A program made the position numbers and the translations under genes. Below are positions 49,231 through 62,329 of a DNA stretch of 64,000 nt, in pieces. Source of the DNA: Vicugna vicugna (lineage: Eukaryota); the NCBI GenBank assembly GCA_013265495.1, contig MU058781.1, positions 4,031,050 through 4,095,049 of the forward strand. The letters run 5' to 3'. Each line of letters begins with the position of its first letter. Positions within the stretch are counted from its first letter, which is position 1. The notes under the pieces are model-generated. The model did not search any database. It was not told the origin of the DNA and saw nothing but the letters and a program-made list of their open reading frames with translations.

Positions 49231-50659
49231 ACGAACCCACTAGGCACTGGGACACCGCTGGCTGAGACCCGGCTCCCTCTCCGAGGTCCTCACTCTGCAG
49301 CATCAGGCTATTACGGAGCTTTTTCCATTAAGGACACTCCGTGCTTTCAAGCCCTAAGCACAATTTGCTTTAGAATTTCACTTTTTAAAAAGGCTCCATA
49401 TGTGAAGTCCTTGGAGATCCCCCAGGCAGGAGGGCAACCTAAGTTTACAGCCTCCTGCTCCGAGGGCCTCACACACCCGAAGCTGCCCCAGTTCAGCTGA
49501 CGGAGCCGCAAGCTTTTGCTGTAAGAGTCGATTCATTTATTTTTAAATATATTTTCCACTTTGCCTCACACCAAAAAGGACTTATGTTTGGAAACGCCTA
49601 CACCCGTGAGCTTCTTGGGAGAGTCAGGTACTTGGGACAAAGCCCTGTGACCAGGTGCCCCCCATCTGGGCCGGGAAGAGCCTCCCCAGGTGGGAACTGG
49701 GGGCAGTCAGCCCCCACCCACCCCGGCTGTGAACCGGGGCAAAGTGCTGGTGCCTTTCTCTGCACCCCTTCTTCATAAAATAGACATAATGACCCCTTTT
49801 CTTTTTCGCGGGTGTGCCGGGAGGCTTCTGTGCACTTTGAAAGTACTCGGAGCCCCCGTTTGGGAGCGGGGAGCGCAGGCCAGGCCGCGGGTCTCATTAC
49901 ACACCGAGAGGCGCATTCACTTCAGCTGGCTCTGCGCTCTCGCCGCGTCCCCGTGTTCTTGACTAAAGTGCTCTTCAAGAAGAATTTCTCCGAGGCTCCC
50001 ATGTTGACATCCGCCTAGTGTTTCGAGAGCCAGGCTTGCTAGCTGTTTGTTCCTTTGGATGAAAGCCTGCAGTCACTCTATTAAACACTCTCCATTCAGC
50101 GGGAAGAAGGGGGAGAAGTGGGCGGGAGGGGGGAGCAGAAATCCAGGAACTGCTCACAAAAACTGGGCGATAGGCCTTTTGCTTCCCAATGTCCCCTTGC
50201 CGTCTCACAACCCTGGACGTCAAAGCAGGTGTATCTGCTGTAAGAGGGACTGGGCTCCCGCACAGGTCGGGCTAGTGTGAGAAGCGTTCCAGTGCTGGTC
50301 AGGCGTGATGCTGGACTAGCGCGTTGGCTGGGGCGGGGATACTGGGTTCCGGTGACTCTCTCTCTCTCTCATCTTTCCAGCGAAAGCGTTTGGCCTCAGA
50401 ACTTGCCTTCTCAAACTCTCTGACACTGTTTCCCCACATCAGTTCTTACTTCTTGCCTTGTTGCCAGAGAAACCAGCCAAAGAAGGAAACTTATATGCTC
50501 TCTAGGGAGGGAGGACCCGTTTGTGTGCAGAGGAGCCTAGACTTCTGGGCGTATCAGGGCAAAGCAGCACTTTTCTCTGGCAGCTCTGGGGCATCCTTGG
50601 CAGGCAACCCAGGGAGGTGGAATGGACACCCACGCGAGAGGCAGAACTCACAGGTTCTT

Positions 50660-50800
50660 TAGTCTGGACGTCATCTTGAGCCAGCCTTGTGACTTTGGAC
50701 AAGTCACTAAACATCTCCAGACCCCAGTGTCCCCACATATAAAAAAAATGAGATGAGAGTATCAGCGTCACAGGATTTTTGTGAGTATTCTTTCACTGAC
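50660..50800 (+). mobile_element. MIR
   Basis: TTGTGACTTTGGACAAGTCACTAAACATCTCCAGACCCCAGTGTCCCCACATATAAAA..CACAGGATTTTTGTGAGTATT. Confidence 0.8.
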
Positions 50801-52380
50801 TAAGCAAATATGTGCCGAGAGCCTGCGTGCCAGGCACTGTGCAGGTGCTGGGGCTGTCGGCCTTTGCTTTCAACGTATTTCTGATCTGTGGGAGGAATGG
50901 ATGTGAGATAGGCAAAAACAATAGTGTTTGCTGAGTGAGCACAGAGTGCTACAGTAGGGGTGAGGAGAGAGAGAGATGAGTCACAAGAGGGACACCCAAC
51001 CCCGTCTTGGATGGTTAGGGCAGGCTGCCTGGAGGAGGCCACAACTGAAGTGAGAACTGGCCAGTGGAATAAATTGGCAGGGAAAGGGGTACAGAGACCC
51101 AAGAGGGCATTACCCATCAATTCAGAACGGCTGGAATGGAGAGAAAGAGGAAGAGCAGTCAGGGTCAGGGGCATGGGCAGTGGTGGGTTTGATGGGTGTG
51201 GGCCTGGAGATTTAGGCAGGGGTGGTGCTGAGAGGTTCAGACATTGTCCTGGGGCAATGTGGAGCCATTGAATACCTTTAGTGAAGGGGTGACAAAATCA
51301 GATTTGTGCCATAGAAAGATGCTTGAGTTGCAGTGTGTAAATTGAATTAGAGGGTATGCTGGATATTTTCCATCTGCCCCCCCAGACCCACTTGCTGCCT
51401 TCTCCATCCCGCTCTGTGGTCTAGTAGCCTGGCACGTTTGGAGCTGCAACAGCAGGCTTCTCTGCCCTATGATTTCCAGGCACGTTCAGCCCATAGGAGG
51501 CAGGAGCAGGAGATGGGAGGGTAGAAGGAGAGAGAAACTGGGGTATCTGTTCCCCAGCTCCCTCCCTGCCGTGCCTCAGAGAGGCACTGGCTGTTTTCCC
51601 TGCTGCAGCCACGGATCCTGCCTGGCCGACCTTTCTCCCTGCTGTGGCTCTCTCTCTAGGTTATATACGGTGTCAGCTCCTTTTAGGTCCAGCCACCCAA
51701 GGCTCCCCACTGTTGCTAGCCCCAGGGCACCTCTCCATCCCTTGCTGGTTGCTGATGACCCTGCCAAGAACCTCTGTGAGTAGGGATTCTTCAAGGACCC
51801 CATGGCAGTATGCCATCTGTGGTACCTCGACCCAGTACAGGGGGTTATGGCTGGAGCAGTGTGATGTGAGGCCATTGTATCCATCCAGGCCACGGTGACA
51901 GTGGGGAAGTGGCAGAAGGGACTCCAAAGATAGTTGCAAGATAGAAACAATAGGACTTACATGTAGGGGTGAGGGAGGGAAAGCTATGGTTGACTTCTGT
52001 GGCTTCTGTACCTGGGAGGATGGTGGTGGTATTCACTGAAACGCCGGAAGGGCTGGGGTGCGTAGGTTTGGGATAGAAGGAGATACTCAGAGGCTTTCAG
52101 ATGGGAATACTCAGTAGGCACTTGGGTATACAAATCTATGGTTCAGAAGAGAAATCTGGGCTGGAGATTCATTAGCATAGAGATGGCAAATGCTGTAAAA
52201 GAAAGTCTAATGACCCAGGCAGAACATGCAGAGTGAGCAGAGAAGGAAGGCGAGGCAGCCGCCCCCGGGAAGAGACACTTGGAAGGGCCGGGCTGCTGCA
52301 GTGGAGGCTGAGAGCCCACCGTCGGGGGCAGCAGAAGCAGAGGTAGGAAGTCTGGAAACTGAGCACCTGTTCAACTGAGA
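50790..52380 (-). mobile_element. L2 split by LTR33
   Basis: GAGCCTGCGTGCCAGGCACTGTGCAGGTGCTGGGG..GGTTAGGGCAGGCTGCCTGGAGGAGG..GGAGCCATTGAA. It resumes after about 51840 with GAGGCCATTGTATCCATCCAGGC..AGAAGAGAAATCTGGGCTGGAGAT. Confidence 0.85.
51355..51838 (+). mobile_element. LTR33-like ERVL solo LTR
   Basis: GATATTTTCCATCTGCCCCCCCAGACCCACT..CTTCTCCATCCCGCTCTGTG..GCAGGAGATGGGAGGG..GGGGTATCTGTTCCCCAGCTCCCTCCCTGC..CCACTGTTGCTAGCCCCAGGG. Confidence 0.85.
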
Positions 52381-52611
52381 TTCTTCCAAGTGTATGAAAG
52401 ATGATGTAGTCAGCAGCCTCATTGTCCCATCCAAGTCTCTTCTCCGGACAGAGACCTTCTCCTTTATTGAAGCCCCTCAGAGTCATGGGAGCACAACATA
52501 GTCTTAAATTCCATAAATATGGGTTGAGTGTTTTGTATACTCAAGTCTCAGAAACGCCTCTAAAATCAGGTGGCTTCTGAGAGCTCGTGATGTGCAGGGC
52601 CCACGTCTCCT

Positions 52612-53572
52612 ATTGCAGTTGTGGTAAAATGAACATAACATGAAGTTTGCCACCTTTGTCATTTTTAAGGGTACAGTTCAGTGGTGGTAAGTATATTCGC
52701 ATTGTTGTATAATAGATCTCCAGAATTCCTTTCATTTCTGCAAAACAGAAATTTTGTACCCATTAAACAATAACCCTCTCTCTCGCTAGCCCTTGGAAAG
52801 CACCATTTTACCTTCTGTTTCTGTGAATTTGTCTACAGGCAGACCTCGGAGATGCTGCTGGTTTGGTTCCAGACCACTGCCGTAAAGCAAGTCACATAAA
52901 TCTTTTGGTTTCCTGGTACATATAAAACTTACTTTTACACTGTACTGTAGTCTTAAAAAAGCAATGTACACACCTTAATTTAAAAATACTTTATCGCTAA
53001 AAAATGCTGACCATCATCTGAGCCTTCAGCGAGTTGTAGTAGTGACATCAAAGTTCACTGACCCCAGATCACCGTAACAAATACAATAATAATGAAAAAG
53101 TTAAAAATAGGGAGAGAATTACCAAGATGTGACACAGAGACTGGAAGTGAGCAAATGCTGTTGAAAAAATGGTGCCAGTAGACTTGCTCAATGCAGGGTT
53201 GTCCTAGACCTTTAATTTGCAAAAACACAATAAAGATCAATAAAGCAAGGTCTGGTTAAATTCTAGGCAGCTCCTGTGAGTGGAATCGTGTAGTATTTGT
53301 GCTCTTTGACTGGCTTATATTTCACAAAGCACAGTATCCTCAAAGTTCATTCATGTCGTCGCATCAAAATTTCCTTTCCTTAAAAACCTGAACAGTGTTT
53401 CTTTGTATGGACAGACCACATTTTGTTTTTTTAATTCATCTGTTGATGGATACTTGGGTGGCTTCCACCTTTTGGTTGTTGTGAATAACGGTGCTATGAA
53501 CATGGGTGTACAGCTATCTGTGAGACTTCCTGTTTTCAACTCTTTGGGGTTTATACCCAGAAGTGGAGTGTC
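52612..53572 (-). mobile_element. L1MB-like 3' end split by Tigger1
   Basis: ORF 53351-53539 (CTPMFIAPLFTTTKRWKPPKYPSTDE) is an ORF2 C-terminal remnant. The antisense 3' UTR reads TTGTGGTAAAATGAACATAACATGAAGTTTGCCA. Confidence 0.9.
52836..53257 (-). mobile_element. Internally deleted Tigger1 (Tigger1a-like MITE)
   Basis: TA|CAGGCAGACCTCGGAGATGCTGCTGGTTTGGTTCCAGACCACTGC..GTGAGCAAATGCTGTTGAAAAAATGGTGCC..AAGGTCTG; a reverse-complement homologue of 34950-35451. Confidence 0.92.
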
Positions 53573-55589
53573 ATGGAATTTCTTGCATTTAACACAATAC
53601 TAGCTTATCTTTAAAAATCCCAGTGGTTGAAGAATAAGGAATGGAGGGGTTTTAAATTATATTTTTAATTTCCGACACCCATTACTTCTTTCCCACCATG
53701 TCACTTGGCACCTCTGAAACCTACAAGAGGCTTGCATGAGGGAATTCTGCAGTATTGGAATATTCCTCTGGAATACTTGTCTCCTCACCCAGGCGTGTAT
53801 CTCCTTACTCATGGCCTGAGTCGGTGGCTGACTAGCATAACGTCAGGGTTCTTGTCTGCTGTAGTGTGAGTCGGGATTCCTTCCTTTTTAAGGTTGCGTG
53901 TCTGCCTCCTGTTTTACCTTGTAGGGTGTTTCTCCATTTCCAAAGGCCTTTCATACCCATTCTCCCTTTCAGTCTCATTTTCCCCCCATCGCAGCCGGGG
54001 AGCGATTACCCCTCCCGGGTTGCAGCTGAGGAAACAAGCCGCACGGCCTCAGGACCACCCAGAGAGCAGAGGCCTGAGACCGGGGCGCAGGCTTTCCCTT
54101 CTGGTCCGTGGAGCTTGCCTGGAGCACAGCTGATGTGCAGAGCCCTCTGGTGCATGCTCTGCAGAGAGGCTCTGGAGGAAGCCAGGGGACAGGAGACCTC
54201 CTGCGAGAGAGAAGAGGTCCAGTGACAAGACAGAAGTGGAGAAAAGGCCCAGGGCAGAGGACCCGGCAGCAAGCCCACTGTGGCCCCAGCCCAGCAGTCA
54301 GCCTCCTCTGCTTTCCTCTGGGACATGGGCTGCAGGCAGATTTGTCAGGCCAGCCCTAGGAGCGGGGTGACCAGCTAGCCCTAGCAAGGTGACTCCTCAA
54401 AGTTAACAGTCAGCGATGAGAGCAGCCAGGCAGCAGAGGGTGGGGAGTCGGGGCGTGGAGCACGCCGCCCTGGCTGGCTGCGGGCACGCTGCCTCACAGC
54501 GCTGTCCCTGGTGTGAGCAGCTCCCTAAGTAAACCCAGTGACCTCCCGTCCGTGGGACAGTGCTGTGTGGGGCATCTCGTTGGGGTCGGTGGGGATTATC
54601 TTTGAAGCTGGAGCCGTCATCTGTCTCTCGGCGCTCACGCCCAGACCCATCAGACAGTCCTGGGTAAGAACGGACCTTCTGCACCCTGGAGAACGCGCCC
54701 ATCAGGAGCGCTCCTGGCGGTCAGACTTACAAGCAGAAGTGCATAAACCCCGGGGCCGGCAAGTCAACCCGGGTCTCTGGGACCTGGGCTCGGCCAGTGG
54801 AGGAAGTGAGCAGGGGGTCGCTGCCTCTGGGTTCCCCTGGAAACTGCTTCACAGATCACGCTGCTCAGGCCTCCCGTTCAGAGACTGTTCCAGAACATTT
54901 GCTATTTGTCATGGTTAGGAGGTGGGTTATCCTGGTTAATCATGTCTTCTGGTTATAGGTGAGTTATTAGTTATCATTCATGGAGCACAACATGTCAAAA
55001 AGGATTAGAACGCTACAAAATGCTCTGAACAGTGAATTACACAGAACATAATCCAATCTATCTTTTAAAATACTGACGCCACTTTTATTTCATTAGGAAC
55101 GTGATTATGAACCCCACGGACCAAAGAACTGGTAAAACATGCAAGTGCTAGTTAAGAGAATGCTGGACAAACAGCTTCTCCTGAACTTCCCACATCTTGA
55201 TTCTGTCATCTATGAATGTTCTTAAAGGGAACTGAGTTTGTTTGAAGACAATTAAGATTCAATGAGCAAATAGAAGAGGCAACTTAGACCAACTCCACAT
55301 CCAACACAGAATTCCCCTCTAAATTTCCTGACCATTTTTTTTTTCCTGCCTTTTCTCAAGAATCCTTGGTACCAAGGATTCTTCCCAGTTTCCTTCCAGC
55401 TAAGCCTGTCACCTCCATTTCCTGCAAACTTCCTCAAATGTTTGCAGGTCATCCTTTGAATATTCACTTGTTTGGGGGGCTCCAGAGAGAACTGTAACAG
55501 TAGATGCAGTGAGTCCGGTACCAAGTGCCTCGGGACCACCACCTGCTCCTCCTGTGCTGCTTACTTCCGTGGTGGTACCTAGGAGCTCT

Positions 55590-56060
55590 GGCTCTCTCCA
55601 GGGTCATTCTCCCTGGGTCTGAGTCCTGGCCCTGCCACTTCTTACTTGGTGACAACAAAGAACCTCTCATGCTATTAAAGGGGGGAAATCGTGCTGTCAG
55701 CGTCACAGCCTGCCAGGTTTATGGCAGTTGAGATCATGCATACATAGTAAATACATTGACCTGCAACGTACTGAATACTCAGTAAACGTACCAGCTTGGA
55801 GGACAGTGATCAGGGACACAGATGATGAAGTCTGAGTGGCTGGGTTCACATTCCAGCTCAGGTTCAAATTTTGACTCCCATCACCTCCAAACAGCCTTGG
55901 GTGAGTAGCTAAAACTCTGTGTGCCTCAATTTTCTTACCTAAAAAAGGGAGGTCTAAGGTTTCTGTGAGTTTTAAATGAGATATTATACGTAAGGTGCTT
56001 GGAACAGACCCTGGAAAGTAAAAAGGACCATATAAGTGAGAGCCATAGTTATTATTATAG
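55590..56060 (+). mobile_element. Two tandem MIR copies
   Basis: CCTGGGTCTGAGTCCTGGCCCTGCCACTT..TACTCAGTAAACGT, then CTGGGTTCACATTCCAGCTC..AAACTCTGTGTGCCTCAATTTTCTTACCTAAAA..AAATGAGATATTATACGTAAGGTGCTTGGAACAG. Confidence 0.8.
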
Positions 56061-57169
56061 CTTGAAAAGTCATCTTATCTTTAAAAGGAGTCACATCGGA
56101 GGCTGGCCCATGCTGGAGCCATGGGCACCAACACGCCGGTTCCCGCAGCCCTCACCACCTGATGGTCTGTGCGTCACCTGTTCTCGCTGCTTGCATTTTT
56201 GTATCTCAGACTGCTCCCTTAGCAGGGCATCGTGAAGATGGCAAGTGCTTCAAGAATCCCGGGTCTTTGTGCTCACATCTCTCTCTCCTCTGAACTATTT
56301 GAAGTCTGCTTTCTTAGTTTCTGGATAGCTTAACTACATAAGTTCTCTCCATCTTTGGCTTGAGGATTGCCTCGTCCAAAAACTGCTTGGATCCTTGAGG
56401 GAGAACCAACCTCCCACCACACTGTACCCACCCCTAGTGGGTGGGAGGCACTGCATGGCCCAAGTGTGTTCAATATCCCTGTTCAATATCCCTTACTCCC
56501 TGTGAGCCTGTAAGGCCTTCAAGACAGGGCTGTGCTAATTGATTTTCCTATATTTATTGGGTTCGGGCACCGTTAAGAGTAATGCCCAGCTGCTTCATGC
56601 TCTTGTCCCGCTGCCAGTTGGCAAGAAATTCTTCCCTTTTTAGAAGCACTTAGCGCAGGGTAGGTGCTTAAAGATGTTTCTGGAGTAAATGCGATGTTAA
56701 CCTGGCCCAGCAGCCCCGTCTGTGAGAAAAAGGATAATGTGGAGAACCTTGTTTAAACTGCAGAGTATTTCCAAATGGTTATTACCATTGCTTCTAAAGC
56801 AGCAAAATTACTTTTCCAAGACCTTTGTTTCTATTTCCCAGTGGGCATGTCTCTAAAGAAAAATGAGAATTAAGGCTGGAAGAGAAAATATCCTTCTTTA
56901 TTTTTCTATCTTATTACAGTTTAGAGATTCAGTTATTTACTAAAATAAAATACAAACTTGTACTTTGTTTTTAATAAAATGAGACTTACACCAGATGTAC
57001 AGAGAGTTAAGAGATTTCCATTGCTCCTAAATATTGCCTTTAGGCCAGTTTTATCACTAAAGGAAAGCACTGAGTTATTTCTTCCCATTGTTATCCCTTC
57101 TTCCAGTTCCCACCTCCAGCTTCTCCACGTGATTATTTTAGCCTGATTTTTATGTGCAATGGAAATGTT

Positions 57170-57850
57170 AAGCAAAGGCACCACAAACAAAATCAAGAGC
57201 AGACAACTGGGGAAAAAAATCATCAAGTTGTATTATAGACAAAATATAAGTATCGTTAAGTTAGTAAGACAAAGGCATAACTCCAGTATAGAAATGGGCA
57301 AAAAATTGGAACAGGCAGTTCACAGATGAAGAAATACAAATGTTCCATATGTATTTAAAGACTGCTTATCACTAGTAATCAAAGAAATTAAAATGTAAAA
57401 TGTAATATGATTTTTTTTCCAACCATCAGATTGACAAAATTGAAGAGAATAAAAATCACCAATATTACCCTGGAGTTGTGGAAACAGAGATAGATAAAGG
57501 GAAGGTAAATGTGTGTAAGCCTTATGGAGCAATTTAGCCATTTTCACTGAGAACTTAAAAATATTCATACTGATAATTATAATCACTTTCAAAATGTATT
57601 CCTAGGGAATAAAACTGGCAGTTGTACAGAGATGTATGTAGGAGGACAGCCATTGTAGCATTTGGTAATAGCAAAAAAAAAAGTCTGAAGCAACATAAAT
57701 TTCCATCAACGAGAGATCAGATAAATCAATGGTGAAACAGTCGCACAGTAGAGTAGTGTGCATGCATTAAAAAGGATGAGATGGAGGTTTGGGTCCACAA
57801 CATACACTTAAGAGAAAATAGCATGGTATGATACAGTGTGATGCATCCTT
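57170..57850 (+). mobile_element. Old L1 (L1ME-like) ORF2 3' region
   Basis: GAAATGGGCAAAAAATTGGAACAGGCAGTTCACAGATGAAGAAATACAAATG..CACTAGTAATCAAAGAAAT..ACCATCAGATTGACAAAATT..CATTGTAGCATTTGGTAATAGCAAAA. Confidence 0.8.
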
Positions 57851-58404
57851 ATTTTATAAGAAAAATAGAAAAATTAACTGAGAATACATTTATTTTCTGA
57901 TGTATACATTTCTGTACTTTTTTTTTTTGATATTTTAACATACATGTAGTTAACAAAAAGCACTTGTATCCGAATCTTTGATGGGTATTGGGGAATGACT
58001 CAGAGGCTGGCAGAGTGCAGTAATCTCTCCGGTACTTCATGTTTCAAAAGCTTTGGGGGCAGCCTGCTCACCAGAGATGGGCCTAGCCCTTTCTTCTTAT
58101 GGGCGTGTGTCAAGGGGCTAAATCTTAATGCAGAACAATGTCTAGGCATTCGTGCAGCAAGTAGTTCAGAATATAGTAGCAGGGGAATTTTATTACCGCA
58201 CATCTGCCTTGACCAGTCAATCTTCCGTAGCTCCCCCACCCCAACCACCAGTCCTCTATCTTCAGTTTCCCTCTGGCCATCTCTCGGGCATCCCGGAATG
58301 ATCCAAAACCTAACATGGCACAAGCTTGTCGAATTCCTCTTGGAACGAAGGACCCCTTTCCATGCATCTCCCCTGACATCCTCTTGATTCCCTCAGGCTT
58401 TGCT

Positions 58405-58683
58405 GGGGCCGCCGGCCTTGTGGGAAATGTGCCTCATCTGTGACGTGGTGTGCTGTAAGTGGGAAAGACACACCAGGTTTGGAAAACTTAGTATGAAAAA
58501 CAAAAACAGTCGGTGAAATATTAACTTTAAATCATGATATTTGGGACATATTAGGTTAAATTAAAAATTATCAAAATAATAATACTATTCATCTATTTCT
58601 TTTTTGCTTTTTTAATATGGCTACCCGAAAATTTGTAATTATTCATGTGGATTGCATTGCATTTCGGTTGTATGAAGCTACGC
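58405..58683 (-). mobile_element. MER33-like hAT-Charlie DNA transposon
   Basis: TGTGCTGTAAGTGGGAAAGACACACCAGGTTTGGAAAACTTAGTATGAAAAA..GATATTTGGGACATATTAGGTTAAAT..TTTTTAATATGGCTACCCGAAAATTT..CATGTGG. Confidence 0.85.
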
Positions 58684-61119
58684 TAGACTTTGAAACCCTG
58701 GAATGATTCTTTATTTTTTGCTCTGCGGTTCCATACCAGATCTGTCAACAAGGGCTGACACCCAGTCCCTTGGCGCTTTGTCTCTCCCCTTCTGTTCCTG
58801 AACCCCTAGTCCAGATGAGCCCTCTCCCTGGGACAGTCCGCCTGCATCCGTCTGCTTCCAGTGACTCTCCACCCGAGGCCCAGCTCAGCTGGCAGCAGAC
58901 AAACTCGATAACCTGAAAAACTGGGAGTTAACCTCGTCCAGATCCCCCCTGAGATTAAAAAGAAAACAAATAACAGATTAAACTCTGTGCACACCTGCTC
59001 TGTATAAGAAGGACTGTGACGTGCTAGAGTCGGAATAACCAGCCACTCACTTAATTTTACACGCTGCCGTCAGCATAAACCAGTGCCTCTCACCCGCAGA
59101 TGAGAGGGGAGCTGGGAGCCCTGTGCAGGCTCCAGAGGAAGGAGATGGAATCACTGACCTTCTAAACCTCAAACAGGTGCACAAATTCACTTTTCAGTTT
59201 GGATTTAGTTTGGTTCTCGAAACACAGCCTTCAAGGGCCAGGCTTTCTTTTAAGAAGGCTTGTGGATGACACACACACATTTCTGGTCCTGGACTCTGAG
59301 CTTTGGGGAATCATGACTTGACAGAAAAATTTTCTGGAAAATCCAGCCCCTTCTCCACCGGGTGACATAATCAACAGTGAGAAGGTAGGAATGAAAGTGG
59401 CCATTCAATAGATTAGATCCTGGGGATGGCTAGGGATGCTGAAGGTGAAGGTGGAAGAGTTCTTTCTCTTTCCATCCCTTTCCTGTCTGTCCCGTGGCAG
59501 CAGCCAGCCCACATGAGGGGCACCCACTTGAAGCAAGCACGTCTGCGCTTGGGCGGAGACTGGAGACCCCCCACCTCAGGTCAGGACACCTGCCCTCCAG
59601 CCAGTGGAGCCACTCTTCTTCTGAAGGGCTGTCTGATTCTCCAGAGGCCCTTGGCCTGCCACCTCGGTGAAGGCTGAAAGTCACTCAAGACCTGTGCAAA
59701 GAGCGTGGGGTCTCCTGGCTAGACCACCCACCTGCCACCCCTTCGTAACGAAAGGCAGACCTTCTAACTGCCAGGCACTGTTCTCTGTTGGGTCCCCAGC
59801 TGACAACATAGACTAGCTTGATCGATTCCACAGGTTATGAACCCAAACTGCTCTCATTTCCATCTTCAGGCTCACACCTCATAAACGTGTCCTTCTGACT
59901 GGTAGAACGGGCTGGGCGTGGAGAGCAAAGTGGTCACCGTGACTGTAGCTCTTCTTTCCAACAGTAAATACCAAATGCAGCAAGTATCTCGCAGAACTCT
60001 GGGGAAGAGTGGGAAGAGAATTCCTTGGCTGCATCAAAAATGTGAACTTCCTTCCACGCATGCCCTGACAGGGACACTCCAGATTTCTTAAGGCGTGAGG
60101 CTAGGCGGAAGTGGAGGCAGGGGAGGGTGTGGTGACGCGGGGAGGATGTCCAAGGCTGGCCTTGGTGTTGCCAGCAGATCTCTGGGAGCCTTGCATTTTC
60201 CTTCTTTTTCTCTTAAGCACCAGCTGGCAGAACCAATTCCTTTCTCTCAAGGGCTGGCTCTGTGAGTCACTGCCCATCTGCTAGCAGCTAGAAGAACACA
60301 GGGAGCATCTCCCAAAACCCCGGGCGCTTGCCCTGGCTTGTTGTGAGGGTGTCATGAGGTTGGCAGCTGCCCATGGTCAGACATACAGAGGAAGCATATT
60401 CTGAGATACAGGAAAGAAATGAAAACATACTGGAATGAATCAAGAAGTTTTACATTAAAGAAGATAAGTTGTCTTAATAATAAAAGCTCAACTAAACCAA
60501 CCCAAGACCCCGAAAGAAGAGATGGCAGGAGAGGCAAAAGAAGAAACAGGATCTCATTGCCCATAATAGGAATGACTTGAACATAACAAAGTGGGAGTTA
60601 AGCCACGTTAATTAGCTTCAATAAAAACTGGTGGCCTCATCATAGATAAAGTCCCACCTCATCCCTCAGGACTGAACCACACATGTAGATTGCCCAGTCT
60701 CCCTCAAAGGCAGTGTGATTTCTCTATACAGCTCTTGAATGTCTTCCCCCTCTTCCCCTTTTCTCCTTTCTTCACTGATGCTTTCACTCTATCTGGACCC
60801 TCCTTCACCCTCACCTTCCTTCAGCTATCAAGTCAAGCCAGAGATCTAAATATGATCCTTTTCCAAAGGATGCCCACCATCCAAGAAGCCATGATGACAA
60901 TGCCAGATTGAAGGGTCCTAAAGGATGATTGTGATAATCCAGCATAGAACGTTGCCCTGAGACTTGCTCATTTCCCTTTTGTAAGAGGCACAGCTGAGTG
61001 TATATAGGGTACCAATGAACACAGAAGGTTAAGTGACAGTGTCAAAGTGTGGTCTATGGAATGAGAGTTGAAAGGTATTACTTAGTTAACCAAATGAAAC
61101 CAAACCAAACCAAAACAAT

Positions 61120-61300
61120 TGTTTCCATGGTCAAAAAAGATTGAGAGTTATGCTAGGTTAAAGAGCATATTGAGGGCTTTTGATATGCAGATGTGTCTTG
61201 TGAATTTCCCGGAGGATGTAATAATACGTCACAATTCCTAAACTTATTTGACCCCAGTTCCCTTTAGTTTTGCGTGGTTTTCTCACTGGATGCAACGTTC
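61120..61300. mobile_element. Charlie4-like hAT fragment
   Basis: Internal inverted pair CCATGGTCAAAAAAGATTGAG and CCTAAACTTATTTGACCCC around AGGGCTTTTGATATGCAGATGTGTCTTGTGAAT. Confidence 0.5.
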
Positions 61301-62329
61301 AGGCTTCAAGTATGAAGTCTTGCTTTCATGAGTGACTTGGCCCCGAAGGTAATTTCTAAGGAAGCTTGTTTCAGACTATTCTGAGACTTGAGAGTGTTAC
61401 TGTTATAAGAACATTCCCAAGTTGATCGTGAAGAGCAAGTCTAGTTTGAGCATATCCTCTTTGGTAGTCAGCAACAAAAGTTGCTTTCTAGGTGCTTGGT
61501 ATGTTTGGTTGACAGAAAAGTTTGAAAGTAGAGAAAACAAGGAAAAGGAAAAGAGAGGTATAAAGTATGAAGCCACAGAAAGAAAAAAGTAACTCTTAAT
61601 CCGGACGAGGCTTAGCTTCAAGCATTGTCACCTCTGATAATATGATGGCCATCTCCTTTAGAGGTCGAGTGACCGTTGTTCAGGGAATAGAATAAGAAGT
61701 TTTTAGCAATCCTTGGGTTTAGGTAGTTGTTTTTCCTAGCCAAATCTCCGCTGGTAAAATTATAACTTTTTTCCCCCCCAAACTGCTCCTTAATGCTCCT
61801 TAATGACCACGGTTTGATCAGGTTGATGCATAGATAACATGGTCCTTGGCTGCCCAACAGCACATCTCAGTGCTTCATTTCCTTTCCAATCTTTCCTGGC
61901 TGCATGGCTTTTGATGCAGTGGGAGGACCTGCAATATTTCTGCATTTCTTTTTCAGATTGTGAGTCGATTCTGATAAACAAGCCAAGTTCTGAGGCTTTT
62001 GGCTACATTTGTCTCAAGAAATGTGGTAGGTGAAAGAAACTCTGCAGTAACTACTTCTAAGACTTAAATATGTTATTCTGGAATGATTTGGCTCAAAATT
62101 AAAAGCACTCCTACAATGAGCAGTATTTGAGTGAAAATAGAAGCTACCACACAAAAGTACTGCTGTTAGGAAATACCAGATTTCATTCATGTTGTGTGAT
62201 TCCAGCTTCATGCTGTGTTGGAGTCATCAGTTTGTGTAGGAGACCACACATACCAGAAAACAAGGAGATAAACACCAAATAGGCAGAGATATTTGGAATC
62301 TTGGTTTAAATAAAAATAAAAATAGGTAA

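Noticed and set aside
48831..49500. ORFs of 85-170 aa on both strands
   Set aside because: They are artefacts of the C/T low-complexity tract.
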